In this document: positions 57,623 to 64,000 of the stretch, in pieces
Layout: each line of letters starts with the position of its first letter
Position numbering within the stretch: the first letter of the stretch is position 1
Origin: Eledone cirrhosa
Lineage: Eukaryota
NCBI GenBank assembly: GCA_964016885.1
Contig: OZ024750.1
Span: 434,001 to 498,000, forward strand
Direction of reading: 5' to 3'
DNA: 64,000 nt
Translations under genes and position numbers: made by a program
The notes under the pieces: model-generated
What the model saw: the letters and a program-made list of their open reading frames with translations, nothing else
The model's database searches: none
Told to the model about the DNA's origin: nothing

Positions 57623-58872
57623 TATTTATATATTTTATTTCTTGTTGAAACTGTACAATACACATCCTCACAAATTGATAGCCGAGTGATTTCATAATTT
57701 ATTTTAAATCTCATAATTTATTTAATTTTCCCTTATTAAATAATACATTGAAAGCCATCAAGCTATGAGGGTTAGCTGAAATGTTCATAGGATGACTATG
57801 AAGGAGTGATGCTAGAGCTGTGAAATCTTACATGCATTAATTTCAACTCTCTTTATTAATAACTGCATTGTATGTATATATATATATTATAAAATAACAG
57901 GAGGCTGGACTGGTGTAATTCCTTAAAAGGTTTATTATGCTATAAACATTTCAGGGGTGGTTTCCCTGATTGTTTTAAGGGCCTCTATGACATATGAGAG
58001 AAAAGTAGCCAGAAACCAGAGATCTGGCCTGAATACTTGCAGCAGAGGTGACTCCACTACGGGCACTGAAAGGCCAGGTGGTAATGGTGTTAAACTGGAC
58101 ATAGCTGGCCAGAATTCTCTCACTTCTTTCTGTTCAAATTGGCTGTAACCAGTCACTCATACTGATCTTAAGGTATTGTTCTCAAAATAAATAATATCAA
58201 AACCTTGTAGATTTGATATTATGTGAGATAAAGCCTTTACCATGAAAATACAATAGTATATATATAGAGTAATGTAAATGATAATGGGTTGAGTTTACCA
58301 CTTAAGTAGTCCACAGCATGATTAGAACTCAGAACAAATACCATTAGGCATCTTCTCAAATTCTCGAGAAATTCTGCCAACTCATTTCAAATGCAACTGG
58401 TCTTTTATTTTATTAACCCTGAAAATCACAAATTGAACTCAGAGTCCAGAGAACTAGAGTAAATGTCACATGTCATTCTGTCCTCTAACAACTCTCCCAA
58501 TTCACTGCCTATTTATGGAGACCAACACAGCCAGCAAATAAATCTCATTAAACATGTTGACCATAGACATATTGCATCACTAGTAAGATGATACAAACCA
58601 TTGATCTTCTATTGATTAAGTCTACACTATATAGTTAGTAGTTACTACCAGGTTTGATCATTGATTGAAAATATATTTGCTTTTACAGTATTACAGTAGC
58701 AATACTTCAGTTGTTAGCTTGTTTAAAGTTTAATATTTTAGCCACTATATATTAGCAAATATTGATGTGTATGACACAGCTGTTATAGAAGAGAACTCAC
58801 CGAATTACCAATAATCACACATATATATATACACATACATATATATATGAATATACATATATATATATATAT

Positions 58873-58917
<45 letters not shown>

Positions 58918-58994
58918 TATATATATATATATAAAATAAACAAATAATGAATAAAACAATGAAACAGTTCCTTATATTAAACAAAAAAAGTTCA

Positions 58995-59141
58995 TTATTT
59001 AACGATCGTTTCTAGGATATATATGTGTTAGAATTGGCATGCATATTCAACAGATCTATGTACAAAATTATACAAAATTATACAAACTATCAAGATTAAA
59101 TATACATACCAAACACACATATACGCCGTCTTCAGAAATAA
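58995..59141 (-). ncRNA. Type-I hammerhead ribozyme motif with long stem II and palindromic stem III
   Basis: The minus strand reads TTATTT-CTGAAGA-[about 17 bp stem, large loop]-GAAA-C-GATC-G-TT^AAATAA. The stem II closing pair is a C.A mismatch. Confidence 0.6.
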
Positions 59142-61950
<2,809 letters not shown>

Positions 61951-62017
61951 CGTTATTCCGGGTTGAATCGGAGGTAACCACAGTAAGTAAGGTACTCAAT
62001 ACATAGCAGAGTATAAC

Positions 62018-62148
62018 AGTTTTAATATAGATGAGATTCTACAGGACTAGAACTGTTTCATTCATTAGAAATCATCAGGAAGATTCCTGATGATTTCTAA
62101 TGAATGAAAACAGTTCTAGTCCTGTAGAATCTCATCTATATTAAAACT
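62018..62148. repeat. 131-bp palindrome containing two outward-facing hammerhead-like cores
   Basis: Arms of about 64 bp around a 2-nt centre (62082-62083). Each arm reads CTGATGA-tttc-taat-gaat-GAAA(a)C outward. Confidence 0.85.
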
Positions 62149-63447
<1,299 letters not shown>

Positions 63448-63819
63448 AGATGAGTTCAACTCTTGCTAGCAAGGAATAATGATGATGATGATGACATATA
63501 TATATATTAAGAACAAAACGTGGTTTCACATTGAGGCTTTTATTGATCAGGCTCAGTTACAGAGTGCTAATATTGGTACCTGTCTGAGGAAACACAAATC
63601 GACTGAATCACTTATTATATATATGTGTGTGTGTACACATATGAGTCAGTTTGCTGCACAAATCTTCATATTGACAACATTTAAAGCAGCCAGTAACATT
63701 AGCTTGTTTCATGACAACATTACACCTTGCTACACAGCAGTATGACAAAAATGTGCAGTATATACCATACTTATAAAAACAAGTGTAGGTTGGTGTGAGA
63801 AGGGCATACAATTATGTCT

Positions 63820-64000
63820 GATTTAGACACAAGGCCAACAATTTTAGGGGATGGGAATGTCGATTAAATCGACCCCAGTGCTTGTACTGTATTTTATTGA
63901 CCCCATAAGGATAAAAGGCAAAGCTAACTTCGGCAGGATTTGAACTCAGGAGGTGAAGGACCGTAACTCTGCCGCAAAGCATGTCCGACGCTCTACTGAT
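63820..64000 (-). mobile_element. tRNA-derived SINE (runs to window edge)
   Basis: Reverse complement of the family consensus. Confidence 0.75.

Overview
This is AT-rich eukaryotic genomic DNA, most likely from an octopod cephalopod. That assignment is an inference from the 29-finger C2H2 gene, the dense tRNA-SINEs and the very long (TA)n arrays. I can read three protein-coding genes. (1) A C2H2 zinc-finger gene with one coding exon (3616-6159, minus strand) and a recent internal 5-finger duplication. (2) A jagunal/JAGN1 orthologue with two coding exons (9164-9252 and 28066-28546) separated by an 18.8 kb intron. (3) A 9-exon gene assembled by hand (34720-51309, 292 aa). It encodes an SNX27/SNX17-type FERM domain with no PX or PDZ domain and ends in its own NPxF motif. 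One of its introns holds a tandem or composite Helitron (45517-50229) that keeps the N-terminal region and PIF1 helicase but has lost the HUH Rep domain. The rest is SINEs, RTE LINE fragments, MITEs, minisatellites and multi-kb TA arrays. The least obvious signal is in the short unique islands inside the TA arrays. They carry minimal type-I hammerhead ribozyme folds (best at 12841-12897 plus and 58995-59141 minus) and spacer-less palindromes, as expected for Penelope-like pLTR or retrozyme remnants. All calls are by eye; no searches or folding programs were run.
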